A stretch of 64,000 bases of DNA from Fidelibacterota bacterium. GTDB taxonomy: Bacteria; Fidelibacterota; Marinisomatia; Marinisomatales; JACNKV01. Where the stretch lies: NCBI GenBank assembly GCA_014381855.1, contig JACNKV010000115.1:7886-71885 (forward strand). Reading direction: 5' to 3'. A program made the translations under genes and the position numbers. The notes beneath the pieces were generated by a model, which saw only the letters and a program-made list of their open reading frames with translations, did not search any database and was not told where the DNA came from. This document shows positions 17,318 through 27,268 of the stretch, in pieces; position 1 is the first letter of the stretch, and the number at the start of each line of letters is the position of its first letter.

Positions 17318-19602
17318 TGAAGGTGATTGGTCAAAAAACAAAACGTGTCGATGGGCTTGGGTTAGTCAAAGGAAAACCCGTATTTGCTGACGATGTGCCG
17401 AAGAAAGATTTTCTATATTTAAAAATCCTTCGAAGTCCGTTTGCTCATGCAAAAATAACATCAATAGATTATTCAAAAGCGTTAGAAGTAGAGGGAGTCG
17501 ACCTTGTATTGACGCACGAAGATTTTAAACCAATTTACTACACAACTGCCGGACAAGGCGCACCGGAACCCTCTCCGCATGACACATTGGTTTTGGATTC
17601 TACCGTCCGATTTGTCGGCGATCGCGTTGCCGTAGTGGCAGGTGAAACTTTGGAAGCTGCCGAAAAAGCAACGCGCTTAATCGAAGTGAAATATGAGGAA
17701 CTGCCGGCAATTTTTGATATCGAAAAGTCTATCGGGAATCAAACATTAATTCATCCGGATAAAGAGGGGTTTAGTTTTGTTTTTGATCCAAAGAACAACA
17801 TTGCTGCGAATATCGATGAAGAACTGGGTGATGTTGAAAAAGCGTTGTCCGAATCAGAATTTGTTTTTAAAAATACCTACTCAACTCCCTATGCCCAACA
17901 TGCGCATATTGAACCGCATATATCACTATCTTGGTTGGACGAGAATGACCGGATCGTCATCCGTACAGCAACTCAGGTTCCGCATCATGTTCGCCGAATC
18001 GTGGCGGAAGTATTAGATATTCCTATTGCTAAGATCAGAGTGATCAAGCCACGTATCGGAGGCGGATTTGGTTCCAAGCAAGAAATTATCGGGGAGGAAT
18101 TAGTCGCTGCCGTCACTTTACGAACAGGGAGACCTGCACGTTTAGAGTACACCCGTGAGGAAGAATTCACCGCTGCCCGTTCACGGCATCCTCAAAAAGT
18201 GACCTTCAGTATCGGTTTGGACAAAAACTTATTCATTAACGCGATCGATATGGAAATTCTCCAAAATTCGGGTGCCTATGGACCGCATGCACTAACAGTT
18301 ATGTCCGTTTCCGCCAGTAAAACCTTGGCACTCTACAAATCTTTGAATGTGCGGATAAAGGCGAATTCTGTGTATACAAATTTACCGCCTGCAGGTGCTT
18401 ACCGCGGATATGGCGCTCCCCAAGGATTTTTCGCCCTGGAATCGATGATGGATGAAATTGCAAATGACTTAAATGTCAATCCGATAGAGTTTCGAGAGAA
18501 AAACTATTTCCAAGAAGGGGATGAAGTCCCGATTGCTAAGGTATTAGGAGAGGGCCGTGAAGGATTTCCAGTCATTTTATATACCTCCGGTGTGCGTGAA
18601 TGTATTGTTGAAGGAAAACAACTTATCGACTGGAATACGTTAAGAGTATCGGAGAAAACCGGCATTCACCGTCGTGGTGTGGGTATAGCGACGGTTGCTC
18701 AGGGGTCAGGAATTGCCGGAATCGATATGGGGGCTGCCTACATCAAAATGAATGAGGACGGCAGTTTTAATCTTAATATTGGTGCAACGGATCTGGGAAC
18801 CGGTTCGGATACAGCAATGGCTCAGATTGCGGCAGAGATCCTTGAAGTACCTGTTGAAAAAATCATTGTTTATTCTTCTGACACAGATTTAACACCGTTC
18901 GATACAGGCGCTTATGCATCAAGCACGACGTTTATCACCGGTGGTGCTGTTATAAAAGCATCTGAAGACATTCGAAATCAAATTCTTGATCAAGGCATGA
19001 AACTTTTGGATGTAGAGGAGGCAGTAATAAAAGACAATTATGTTGTAGCTGCAAATGATGATAAAATCTCCTATCAAGATATTTGTACAAAATCATTTTA
19101 TACTGACCATCAAAAACAAATCCAAGCCGTATCCTCGCACATGAGTTATGACAGTCCTCCGCCGTATAATGCGACATTTGCGGATGTTACAGTCGACACT
19201 GAAACCGGATTTGTGACGGTGAATAAAATTGTCTCAGTTACGGATGCCGGCAGAATAATCAATCCGCAGATGTCGGAGGGTCAAGTCGAAGGAGCAATTC
19301 CGCAATCCCTGGGAATGGCATTATCGGAATTTATGATATTCGATGAGAAGGGGAGACCAGTCAATCGAGATTTTGGGACATACAATATTTATACAGCGAT
19401 TGATATGCCGGAGATTGTCACTAAGTTTATTCACACCGATGAACCGACTGGCCCGTTTGGTGCCAAGGCGGTAGCGGAAATTCCAACCAATGGACCTGCG
19501 CCGGCTGTGGTAAATGCAATCTATAACGCCTGCGGTGTACGTATTAGAAACCTTCCGATTACTCCTGAAAAAATACTGCGCGGATTAGGGAAACTTAAAT
19601 AA
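17317..19602 (+). CDS. xdhD: XdhD-like molybdopterin-binding subunit (possible selenium-dependent Mo hydroxylase)
   Basis: Start chosen at ATG 17317 (MKVIGQKTKRVDG), which overlaps the upstream stop. The track ORF starts 72 nt earlier, inside the FeS gene. TAGQGAPEPSPHD...VRFVGDRVAVVAGE parallels E. coli XdhD PGGQSAPEPSPLD...HVGDRVAAVVAE. RIGGGFGSKQE and GPFGAKAVAEIP motifs are present. Confidence 0.85.
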   Translation: MKVIGQKTKRVDGLGLVKGKPVFADDVPKKDFLYLKILRSPFAHAKITSIDYSKALEVEGVDLVLTHEDFKPIYYTTAGQGAPEPSPHDTLVLDSTVRFVGDRVAVVAGETLEAAEKATRLIEVKYEELPAIFDIEKSIGNQTLIHPDKEGFSFVFDPKNNIAANIDEELGDVEKALSESEFVFKNTYSTPYAQHAHIEPHISLSWLDENDRIVIRTATQVPHHVRRIVAEVLDIPIAKIRVIKPRIGGGFGSKQEIIGEELVAAVTLRTGRPARLEYTREEEFTAARSRHPQKVTFSIGLDKNLFINAIDMEILQNSGAYGPHALTVMSVSASKTLALYKSLNVRIKANSVYTNLPPAGAYRGYGAPQGFFALESMMDEIANDLNVNPIEFREKNYFQEGDEVPIAKVLGEGREGFPVILYTSGVRECIVEGKQLIDWNTLRVSEKTGIHRRGVGIATVAQGSGIAGIDMGAAYIKMNEDGSFNLNIGATDLGTGSDTAMAQIAAEILEVPVEKIIVYSSDTDLTPFDTGAYASSTTFITGGAVIKASEDIRNQILDQGMKLLDVEEAVIKDNYVVAANDDKISYQDICTKSFYTDHQKQIQAVSSHMSYDSPPPYNATFADVTVDTETGFVTVNKIVSVTDAGRIINPQMSEGQVEGAIPQSLGMALSEFMIFDEKGRPVNRDFGTYNIYTAIDMPEIVTKFIHTDEPTGPFGAKAVAEIPTNGPAPAVVNAIYNACGVRIRNLPITPEKILRGLGKLK

Positions 19603-19649
19603 TTTCGACCCTATTAAGGATTGATTTCTCAACAAGTTGGTAAAATAAT

Positions 19650-20129
19650 ATGGAAAATAATAAACAGACTAAGTATTTTAATGTGAGCTGGCAAGAATTG
19701 CATCGGGATGCACGTGCATTAGCATGGCGTTTACTTTCTAAAAAAGAGTGGAAAGGAATAGCCGCTATTACACGAGGCGGACTTGTCCCTGCAGCTATTG
19801 TATCAAGAGAGTTAGATATTCGCGTTATAGATACAATCTGCGTTGCGACGTATGACCGTCAAATTATCGGAAAACCCAAATTATTAAAAGGGATTGATCA
19901 CGATGGAGAAGGATGGCTCTTGATTGATGATTTGGTGGATACCGGAACAACGGCTCAAATTGCACGAGATATCTTTCCAAAAGCACATTTTGCGACCATC
20001 TATGCAAAACCAGAAGGTCGTCCTTTGGTCGATACATTTATCACTGAAGTAAGTCAGGATACATGGATTCAATTTCCATGGGATATGGTATCGGATTATG
20101 CCGTGCCGTTGGCTGAACAAAATAGTTGA
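19650..20129 (+). CDS. gpt: xanthine-guanine phosphoribosyltransferase
   Basis: 159 aa. [38 protein letters not shown] and [10 protein letters not shown] closely parallel E. coli Gpt. Confidence 0.9.
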   Translation: MENNKQTKYFNVSWQELHRDARALAWRLLSKKEWKGIAAITRGGLVPAAIVSRELDIRVIDTICVATYDRQIIGKPKLLKGIDHDGEGWLLIDDLVDTGTTAQIARDIFPKAHFATIYAKPEGRPLVDTFITEVSQDTWIQFPWDMVSDYAVPLAEQNS

Positions 20130-20230
20130 TATTCGTTCAATATATTTCAGCATATTTAAAGTCTATTTGCCTATTACGGACATTGGTATCTGTCCGTAAT
20201 ATAGAGAGCTATGGTGTCTGTATTAATAAA

Positions 20231-21199
20231 ATGGTTTATGTTGGCTACGATGGGAATCCAACCCCGCTAAAATATTTTATACCAACCAAGTCATCTAAAC
20301 ATACTCTCTTAATCTATCCCGGGGCTTCACCGTCAGGGGAAGACCATGAAAAGCTCCATACATTAGGTATAGCATTTTCCCGGATTGGTTATGAGGTTTA
20401 TATTCCAAGAATTCCTCCCTTGAAGCAGTTGATAATTACTGAGGAAGTTAACGAATGGATGGCACATTTTTATTCTTGGTTTTTGGATGAAAAACAAATT
20501 GATTCTAATAATGTTAGTATCATCGGGATAAGTTTTGGAGGATCCATGGTACTTAAAACCAGTTTGGTTGAGTCTGTACGTCGCCGCTCTCCAAGAACAT
20601 TGTTCTCGTATGGTACCTACTTTCATTTTAAATCCGTTTTAGACTTTTTGTATTCCGGTAAAATTGAAAAAGACGGAAAAACCATCAATATTGCCACGGA
20701 TAATTGGGCACTTGTTGGCTTAATATATAATTATCTACCCAAAGTCGATGTGGGCTTTAGCACAAAAATATTGGTCGCTACACTACGAGACTACATTCAA
20801 GAGAAAGATAAGAATGTGAGTGAAGCCTTAAAAGACTTAAGCAATAATGAAAGACAAATATGGGATGATATCGTGGACGGAAATTTATCAACAGAAATAA
20901 AGAGAATTATTAATGTATTTCAAAAAGAATGTGCAACCGAGTTTGAAAATTATTCTCCAAAACTATGGGGAAGTCAGGTGACAAATAAAGTTTATATCCT
21001 TCATGGAACGTATGATAATATGGTCCCGTTTACTGAATCAGTAAAATTGGCAAATGTATTACCAAATTCTGTTTTGCATATTACAGATTTGTATAGCCAT
21101 AAGGAATTTTCTCTTGGTGGAAAACTGATACATATTATTAAAGAGAGTATTGGATTATTAAGATTTTTATCAAAATTTATTCGCGATACAATTTATTAA
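20231..21199 (+). CDS. alpha/beta-fold hydrolase, unknown substrate
   Basis: Nucleophile elbow GISFGGS, HGTYDNMVP and a late His (YSHKEF). ATG 20231 (MVYVGYDG) is preferred over the TTG at 20126 given in the track. Confidence 0.5.
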   Translation: MVYVGYDGNPTPLKYFIPTKSSKHTLLIYPGASPSGEDHEKLHTLGIAFSRIGYEVYIPRIPPLKQLIITEEVNEWMAHFYSWFLDEKQIDSNNVSIIGISFGGSMVLKTSLVESVRRRSPRTLFSYGTYFHFKSVLDFLYSGKIEKDGKTINIATDNWALVGLIYNYLPKVDVGFSTKILVATLRDYIQEKDKNVSEALKDLSNNERQIWDDIVDGNLSTEIKRIINVFQKECATEFENYSPKLWGSQVTNKVYILHGTYDNMVPFTESVKLANVLPNSVLHITDLYSHKEFSLGGKLIHIIKESIGLLRFLSKFIRDTIY

Positions 21200-21291
21200 C
21201 ATATTTTACAAATTTATTAGTAACTCATGTTGGTCTTACTAATTAAAACTTCTTAAACTTTCAGTATGAATATTAACGATATGAGGCAAAT

Positions 21292-22323
21292 ATGAACAAA
21301 CCAATTCGAATTGCATTATTTGGATTCGGCCGAATCGGAAGAAATATTTTCCGTATAGGCTACAATAATCCTAATTATGAATTCGTTGCAATTAGTGATT
21401 TGGGTGAACCGGAATCACTGCATTACTTATTGATGCGTGACTCAATTCACGGTCCCATGAAAGATAAATTTATTTTAGAGGATAATTTTCTTGTCTATGG
21501 CAATCGGCGAACCCGAATTTTGCCGGGAGGTAAACCCGGTGTTTTACCCTGGGATGCTTATGATGTAGATATTGTTTTAGATACAACAGGTGTATATCGA
21601 AGCAGAATCGAACTTGAACCACATCTAAAAGCGGGTGCAAAACGTGTAATCGTCTCTAAACCACCCTTAGATGATGTAGACAGAATTGTTATCCCCGGAT
21701 TAAATGATGACGAAATTCTCCCGGATGATAGAATCATTTCAACCACGTCTGCCACGACGCAAGTATTAGCGTTGATGTTAACGGTACTTGACAGAGAATT
21801 TGGAGTAGAAAAAGCCATGATGACGACGGTTCATGCTTATACATCAGATCAACCCCTTGCAGATGCGGTTCGTTCAGATCTCCGGCGTAGCCGCTCAGCC
21901 GTTGAGAACATTATTCCAAATGAAACATGGGCAACAGATTATGTTGAGCGATTAATCCCTAAATTCAAAGGGAAGCTGAGCGGAGTTGCATTTAATGTCC
22001 CTGTACCTAATGGGTCTTGTATAGATTTAACAACCGAACTTAAAAACATGCCAACCGTTGATGAAGTAAATCTATCTATGAAAAAAGCTGCTGATGGAGA
22101 CTTTAAAAACCTAATCGGATACACAGAGGATCCAATTGTTTCCAGTGATTTAACTGCCAGCGGTGAAACGCTTGTATTTGATTCTCAGGCAACCATGCTG
22201 GCATCCGGAAAACTTGTAAAAACGATTTCATGGTTTGATAATGGGTGGGGATTCGGAAAAAGAGTGCTTGATGTTGTGGATGCCTATGCAGCACTTAGTA
22301 AAGATATGGAGGTAAAATCATGA
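21292..22323 (+). CDS. GAPDH-like protein lacking the catalytic cysteine (probable non-catalytic paralogue)
   Basis: 343 aa. Rossmann GFGRIGRN and HAYTSDQ are retained. The active-site SNASCTTNCLAP reads STTSATTQVLAL (Ala154, codon gcc at 21751-21753), TTGAA reads NETWA, and RVP reads NVP. Confidence 0.8.
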   Translation: MNKPIRIALFGFGRIGRNIFRIGYNNPNYEFVAISDLGEPESLHYLLMRDSIHGPMKDKFILEDNFLVYGNRRTRILPGGKPGVLPWDAYDVDIVLDTTGVYRSRIELEPHLKAGAKRVIVSKPPLDDVDRIVIPGLNDDEILPDDRIISTTSATTQVLALMLTVLDREFGVEKAMMTTVHAYTSDQPLADAVRSDLRRSRSAVENIIPNETWATDYVERLIPKFKGKLSGVAFNVPVPNGSCIDLTTELKNMPTVDEVNLSMKKAADGDFKNLIGYTEDPIVSSDLTASGETLVFDSQATMLASGKLVKTISWFDNGWGFGKRVLDVVDAYAALSKDMEVKS

Positions 22324-23321
22324 GAATTGCTATCAATGGATTTGGACGAATAGGTCGTTCGGTGTTTCGTGTGCTGAATGCCAGAGATGATTTTGATGTG
22401 GTGGCAATTAACGACATCGCGGATAACGCGGCATTGGGTTACCTTTTAAAATATGATACAGTTATGGGGCGATTTCCTGACACCGTTCGCACAGAAGGTG
22501 ATATGCTTTACACATCCTCTAATGAAGTACATATGTTAGCTGAGCGTAACCCGGCTGATCTTCCATGGAAAAAATTAAGTGTTGATGCAGTAGTGGAGGC
22601 AACCGGAATATTTCGTACAGTCGATACATTAAAACCACATCTGGATGCAGGAGCAAAACGTATTATTTTAACGGTTCCCGCCAAAGAAGAAATTGACTAT
22701 ACAGTCGTTATTGGCGTGAATGACAAAGGGTTGAATTCCAGCCATCGAATTATATCCAATGCAAGTTGCACGACAAACTGTCTTGCTCCGATTGTTAAAG
22801 TTCTAAATGATGCATTTGGGATTGAATACGGTGTCATAAACACGATTCATGCGTATACGAATGACCAGCGCCTAGCAGATGTACCGCATTCAGACTGGCG
22901 GCGAAGCCGAGCTGCCGCTGAGAATATAATTCCGACAACAACCGGTGCTGCCCGCGCAGTTGGGAAAGTGTTACCTGAACTAGCAGGAAAACTTGATGGA
23001 ATTGCAATGCGTGTTCCCGTCGCAGATGGATCTGTCGTCGATTCTGTGTTTCAGCTTAATAAATCCGTGACGATAGATCAAATAAATGAAGTGGTCTACG
23101 ATGCATCTGAGACGCCTGAGCTGAAACGCATCTTAGAATATTCGACATTACCGGTTGTCTCTACAGATATAATCGGTAACCCTCATTCATCTATCTTTGA
23201 TGCTCCATTTACCAGAGTCGTGGAAGGAAATTTTGTAAAAACGCTGAATTGGTATGATAATGAATGGGGATATTCGAATCGTGTCGTTGATCTATTGAAG
23301 ATTATATCCAATTGGTCATAG
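22320..23321 (+). CDS. gap: glyceraldehyde-3-phosphate dehydrogenase, type I
   Basis: 333 aa with canonical GFGRIGRS, SNASCTTNCLAP, HAYTNDQ, IIPTTTGAA and WYDNEWGYS. ATGA overlap with the upstream paralogue. Confidence 0.92.
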   Translation: MRIAINGFGRIGRSVFRVLNARDDFDVVAINDIADNAALGYLLKYDTVMGRFPDTVRTEGDMLYTSSNEVHMLAERNPADLPWKKLSVDAVVEATGIFRTVDTLKPHLDAGAKRIILTVPAKEEIDYTVVIGVNDKGLNSSHRIISNASCTTNCLAPIVKVLNDAFGIEYGVINTIHAYTNDQRLADVPHSDWRRSRAAAENIIPTTTGAARAVGKVLPELAGKLDGIAMRVPVADGSVVDSVFQLNKSVTIDQINEVVYDASETPELKRILEYSTLPVVSTDIIGNPHSSIFDAPFTRVVEGNFVKTLNWYDNEWGYSNRVVDLLKIISNWS

Positions 23322-23340
23322 CATTCACTCTCATTTCCAT

Positions 23341-23377
23341 TTGAACAAAAACCCCAATTATTGGGGTTTTTGTTCAA
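23341..23377 (+). terminator. rho-independent-type terminator hairpin after gap
   Basis: Perfect 17-bp inverted repeat TTGAACAAAAACCCCAA-TTA-TTGGGGTTTTTGTTCAA, 20 nt after the gap stop. T-rich sequence lies in and after the 3' arm. Confidence 0.7.
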
Positions 23378-23420
23378 AATCAACCTTTTTATTTTATGAA
23401 AAACCGTTCTAATTTCCGTC

Positions 23421-23744
23421 ATGAATAAAGAACCTATCATTATTCTCACAACCGTGAAAGATAAAGGTGAAGCCGAAAGTATGGCTGAGGCGTTGTTGGA
23501 TAATCATCAGGCGGCTTGTGTATCAATTCTATCTGGAGTTCAATCGATTTATCGCTGGAATAATAAAATATATCATGAGAAAGAGCACCAATTGCTAATC
23601 AAAACAGTTCAAATAATGGAACAACACGTCTATGCATTAATACGGAAGTTACATTCCTATGAAGTACCGGAAATAATGACGTTACCTGTACAATCGATAG
23701 ATACATCTTACAAAAACTGGATAGTCGGAGAAGTATCCGGATGA
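23421..23744 (+). CDS. cutA: divalent-cation tolerance protein CutA
   Basis: 107 aa. AACVSILSGVQSIYRWNNKI...EHQLLIKT...HSYEVPEI is typical of CutA1. Confidence 0.85.
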   Translation: MNKEPIIILTTVKDKGEAESMAEALLDNHQAACVSILSGVQSIYRWNNKIYHEKEHQLLIKTVQIMEQHVYALIRKLHSYEVPEIMTLPVQSIDTSYKNWIVGEVSG

Positions 23745-24733
23745 GAAGACTAGGAAAATCACTATTCTTAATATATTTTTTCCTTTTACTATCAATTGGC
23801 GCTGCAGGATATTATATCATTGGCGGAAAAGAGTGGACAATTATTGATAGTATTTACATGACAATTATCACATTATCTACCGTCGGTTTTGGTGAAGTAC
23901 ATCCACTGACTCAAATGGCAAAATTATGGTCTATCATCGTTATTATATTCGGTGTGAGCGGGGTAGCAATGATTATCTCGAAAATAGGAACAGATTTAAT
24001 GGAATTCAAACAATATCGGAAACGTGCTATGCATAATAAAATACAAAAAATGAGAAATCATTATATCTTATGTGGCTACGGAAGAACCGGAGCAGTTATC
24101 GCAAAAGAACTACATGAGAAAAAACATAAATTTGTCGTCATAGACAATAATAGAGAAAAAATAGATATCATCGAGGAAATAGGATATAGATTTCTTAAAG
24201 AAGATGCAACATTAGATGAAACTCTGCTAAATGCCGGTATAGAAAACGCAAAAGGTGTTGTAATCACCCTTGATAATGATCAAGATAATTTATTTGTTAC
24301 CATGTCTGCAAGGAATTTAAATAAGGAGGCCTACTTAATTACAAGATGCAGTAAACATGATACCGGAAAAAAATTAAAACGTGCCGGAGCGAGCAAAGTT
24401 GTTAACCCATATATTGCCGGTGGACACAAAATGGCTGAACTGCTGTTAACGCCGTATGTTGAAGATACTGTTTCTTTATCAACGCCAACATCAACGATGG
24501 AAATGGTCATTAATGAAATCAGTTTAGAGTCTATTGATCGATATGATGGCATTATGATAAAAGATTCAAAACTCAGAGAAGAATATAATCTGATTGTTGT
24601 AGGTATTATTGGACATGATGGTGAAACGATTCTAAACCCAGATCCACATACAGTATTACGGTTAGATCAAACGATATTACTCATAGGCTCAAAAGAAACT
24701 ATGCGGGCATTTAAAGAAACAATACTCGCATAG
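23741..24733 (+). CDS. potassium channel with RCK/TrkA-N domain
   Basis: 330 aa. Two TM segments flank the selectivity filter TLSTVGFGE. An RCK Rossmann (ILCGYGRTGAVIA) and a TrkA-C-like tail follow. ATGA overlap with cutA. Confidence 0.85.
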   Translation: MRRLGKSLFLIYFFLLLSIGAAGYYIIGGKEWTIIDSIYMTIITLSTVGFGEVHPLTQMAKLWSIIVIIFGVSGVAMIISKIGTDLMEFKQYRKRAMHNKIQKMRNHYILCGYGRTGAVIAKELHEKKHKFVVIDNNREKIDIIEEIGYRFLKEDATLDETLLNAGIENAKGVVITLDNDQDNLFVTMSARNLNKEAYLITRCSKHDTGKKLKRAGASKVVNPYIAGGHKMAELLLTPYVEDTVSLSTPTSTMEMVINEISLESIDRYDGIMIKDSKLREEYNLIVVGIIGHDGETILNPDPHTVLRLDQTILLIGSKETMRAFKETILA

Positions 24734-24791
24734 TATATACCACATAACATAGATTATGTATAATAGCGTTTCCGTGGAAATATTTAATAAC

Positions 24792-27251
24792 TTATCTTAC
24801 AACGAAATTTACTAAACGACCGGGTACATAGATTTCTTTAATTAGTGTCTTCCCTTCTAAATAGGATAAGACATTTTTTTCTTTTTTAGCCAGATGAAGA
24901 ATTGATTCTTTATCTTCATCACTCGCGATACTAATTTCCCCACGAAGTTTTCCATTGACTTGAATGACGATTATAATCGAGTCTTTAACAAGATTATCTT
25001 TTTTGTATTTAGGCCAATCAGCATAATTAATAGATGACGTGTGTCCCATTGTTTCCCAGAGTTCTTCACTTAGATGTGGTGCAAATGGTGATACTAAGAG
25101 AATTAACGTTTCTGCAGCTTTCAAAGGAATTACAGCATACGTACTCATCTCGTTCACAAATATCATTAATTGGCTAATAGCTGTATTAAGATTCAGAGAA
25201 TCAATATCTTCGGTTACTTTTTTCATTGTCGTATGTAATTGGTATAATTGATCTTTATTTAACGAAATATCTTTTATAGGTGTATGAGTAAATAGCCGCC
25301 AAATCCTTTTAATAAACCGTTCAGTACCAGAAATACTTTTTGTGTCCCAAGATGCAGATTGGTCAAACGGACCGATAAACATTTCATAGGTACGAAAAAC
25401 ATCTGCTCCATATTTTTCTACAACATCATCAGGATTAATAACATTTCCACGTGATTTGGACATTTTTTCTCCACCTTCACCCAAAATCATACCATGCGAT
25501 GTTCGCTTTAAATAAGGCTCAGATGCTGGAATATATCCACAATCTGAAAGAAATTGATTCCAAAACCGTGAATACAACAAGTGTAAAGTCGTATGTTCCA
25601 TTCCCCCATTATACCAATCTACGGGCATCCAATAGTTTAATTTATCATAATCCGCGAATGACGAATTATTTTTTGGATCTATATAGCGTAAGAAATACCA
25701 AGAAGATCCTGCCCAATTTGGCATAGTATCTGTCTCTCTTTTTGCACTTCCACCGCATTTAGGACACTCTGTATTTACCCACTCTTCGATTGTGGCTAAC
25801 GGAGACTCTCCTGTCTCAGTTGGCTCATATTTTTCCACATCCGGAAGTACCACCGGCAAATCTTTTTCAGGGACAGGAATCCATCCACATGAGTTACAAT
25901 GGATTAAGGGTATTGGCTCTCCCCAATACCGTTGTCTAGAAAATACCCAATCTCTTAATTTATAATTAACTGCATGCTTACCTGCACCGTATTTTTCTAA
26001 CCATTCAACTGTTTCTTTCACAGCGGATTTTACATTTTTCCCATTGAGATTTAAATCTCGATTATTAGAAGAGTTTATACATTCTCCTTCAAATGGCCAG
26101 CAGACATTACCGGACAACACGTCAATTGGATTAATACTTTCTTTTTGGGCGAGTTGTTCATCAGGGTGGTTAATACAATTAATGGCAATATTAAATTTCT
26201 TTGCAAATTCAAAATCTCGTGTATCATGCGCAGGTACAGCCATGATAGCGCCAGTTCCGTAACTTATTAGCACATAATCAGCAATCCAAATGGGTATTTT
26301 TTCATTATTCACCGGATTAATTGCATAAGCGCCGGTAAATACTCCGGTTTTTTCTTTGCTTAATTCTGTCCGTTCAAGATCACTTTTGCGTGCTGAGTGA
26401 CGAATGTAGTGTTCGATTTCAGATTTTTGTTCATCACTTGTAATTGTTTGTATAAGGTCATGTTCCGGGGATAAAATCATAAATGTTGCACCAAATAACG
26501 TATCCGGACGAGTCGTAAATACTCTAATCTTTTTATCAGACCCATCGATGAGAAAATCGACTTCAGCTCCTTCAGACTTACCAATCCAATTCACTTGCTG
26601 AGTTTTAATGCGATCGAGAAAATCTACATCTTCTAATCCTTTTAACAATTTGTCAGCATACGCAGTAATTTTCAGCATCCATTGATCAATCGAGCGCTTT
26701 TCTACCTCTCCCCCACACCGTTCGCAATTCCCATCAAGTACTTCTTCATTTGCTAATCCAATTTTACAGGAAAGACACCAATTAATGGGCATTTCTTTTT
26801 TGTAGGCTAATCCTTTATTAAAAAACTGAAGAAATATCCACTGTGTCCATTTATAATAATCAGGGTCTGTTGTAGATACTGCTCTTTCCCAGTCAAATGA
26901 AAATCCCAAAGATTTAAGCTGATTAGTGAATTGTTCAATGTTTTTCTTTGTAGTAATTGATGGATGAATGCCGGTTTTTATCGCATAATTTTCTGAAGGC
27001 AAACCAAAACTGTCAAATCCCATAGGAAAGAGGACGTTATAGCCTTCCATTCTTTTCTTGCGAGCAAGGATATCTAACGCTGTATAGGATCTTGGATGTC
27101 CAACGTGTAACCCGTCTCCCGAGGGGTAAGGAAACTCAACAAGACAATAATACTTAGGTTTGCTTGAGAAATCTTCAGCACGGAATATTTTATTTTCTTC
27201 CCAATATGCCTGCCATTTGGCTTCGATAGTTTTATGGTTGTATTCAGTCAT
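24792..27251 (-). CDS. leuS: leucine--tRNA ligase
   Basis: 819 aa. HVGHPRSYT (HIGH-type) and KMSKSRGN (KMSKS) motifs. N-terminal KWQAYWEENKIF is typical of LeuS. Confidence 0.95.
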   Translation of the reverse strand: MTEYNHKTIEAKWQAYWEENKIFRAEDFSSKPKYYCLVEFPYPSGDGLHVGHPRSYTALDILARKKRMEGYNVLFPMGFDSFGLPSENYAIKTGIHPSITTKKNIEQFTNQLKSLGFSFDWERAVSTTDPDYYKWTQWIFLQFFNKGLAYKKEMPINWCLSCKIGLANEEVLDGNCERCGGEVEKRSIDQWMLKITAYADKLLKGLEDVDFLDRIKTQQVNWIGKSEGAEVDFLIDGSDKKIRVFTTRPDTLFGATFMILSPEHDLIQTITSDEQKSEIEHYIRHSARKSDLERTELSKEKTGVFTGAYAINPVNNEKIPIWIADYVLISYGTGAIMAVPAHDTRDFEFAKKFNIAINCINHPDEQLAQKESINPIDVLSGNVCWPFEGECINSSNNRDLNLNGKNVKSAVKETVEWLEKYGAGKHAVNYKLRDWVFSRQRYWGEPIPLIHCNSCGWIPVPEKDLPVVLPDVEKYEPTETGESPLATIEEWVNTECPKCGGSAKRETDTMPNWAGSSWYFLRYIDPKNNSSFADYDKLNYWMPVDWYNGGMEHTTLHLLYSRFWNQFLSDCGYIPASEPYLKRTSHGMILGEGGEKMSKSRGNVINPDDVVEKYGADVFRTYEMFIGPFDQSASWDTKSISGTERFIKRIWRLFTHTPIKDISLNKDQLYQLHTTMKKVTEDIDSLNLNTAISQLMIFVNEMSTYAVIPLKAAETLILLVSPFAPHLSEELWETMGHTSSINYADWPKYKKDNLVKDSIIIVIQVNGKLRGEISIASDEDKESILHLAKKEKNVLSYLEGKTLIKEIYVPGRLVNFVVR

Positions 27252-27268
27252 AGATATTGAGAGTAAGA

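Noticed and set aside
230-19602. In-frame UGA (selenocysteine) recoding in the Mo hydroxylases or YgfK.
   Set aside because: All of these ORFs are uninterrupted and full length. In this enzyme class selenium, where used, is a labile cofactor ligand rather than Sec. I looked for no SECIS and needed none.
20126-20230. TTG-initiated 35-aa extension of the alpha/beta hydrolase ORF that overlaps the gpt stop.
   Set aside because: It has a non-ATG start and a hydrophobic, odd leader. The in-frame ATG at 20231 gives a typical N-terminus. The start remains uncertain.
21215-21244. An AT-rich 8-bp inverted repeat (ATTAGTAA...TTACTAAT) after the hydrolase gene as a possible terminator.
   Set aside because: The stem is short and entirely AT, the loop is 12 nt, and there is no T-run. 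This is too weak to call.
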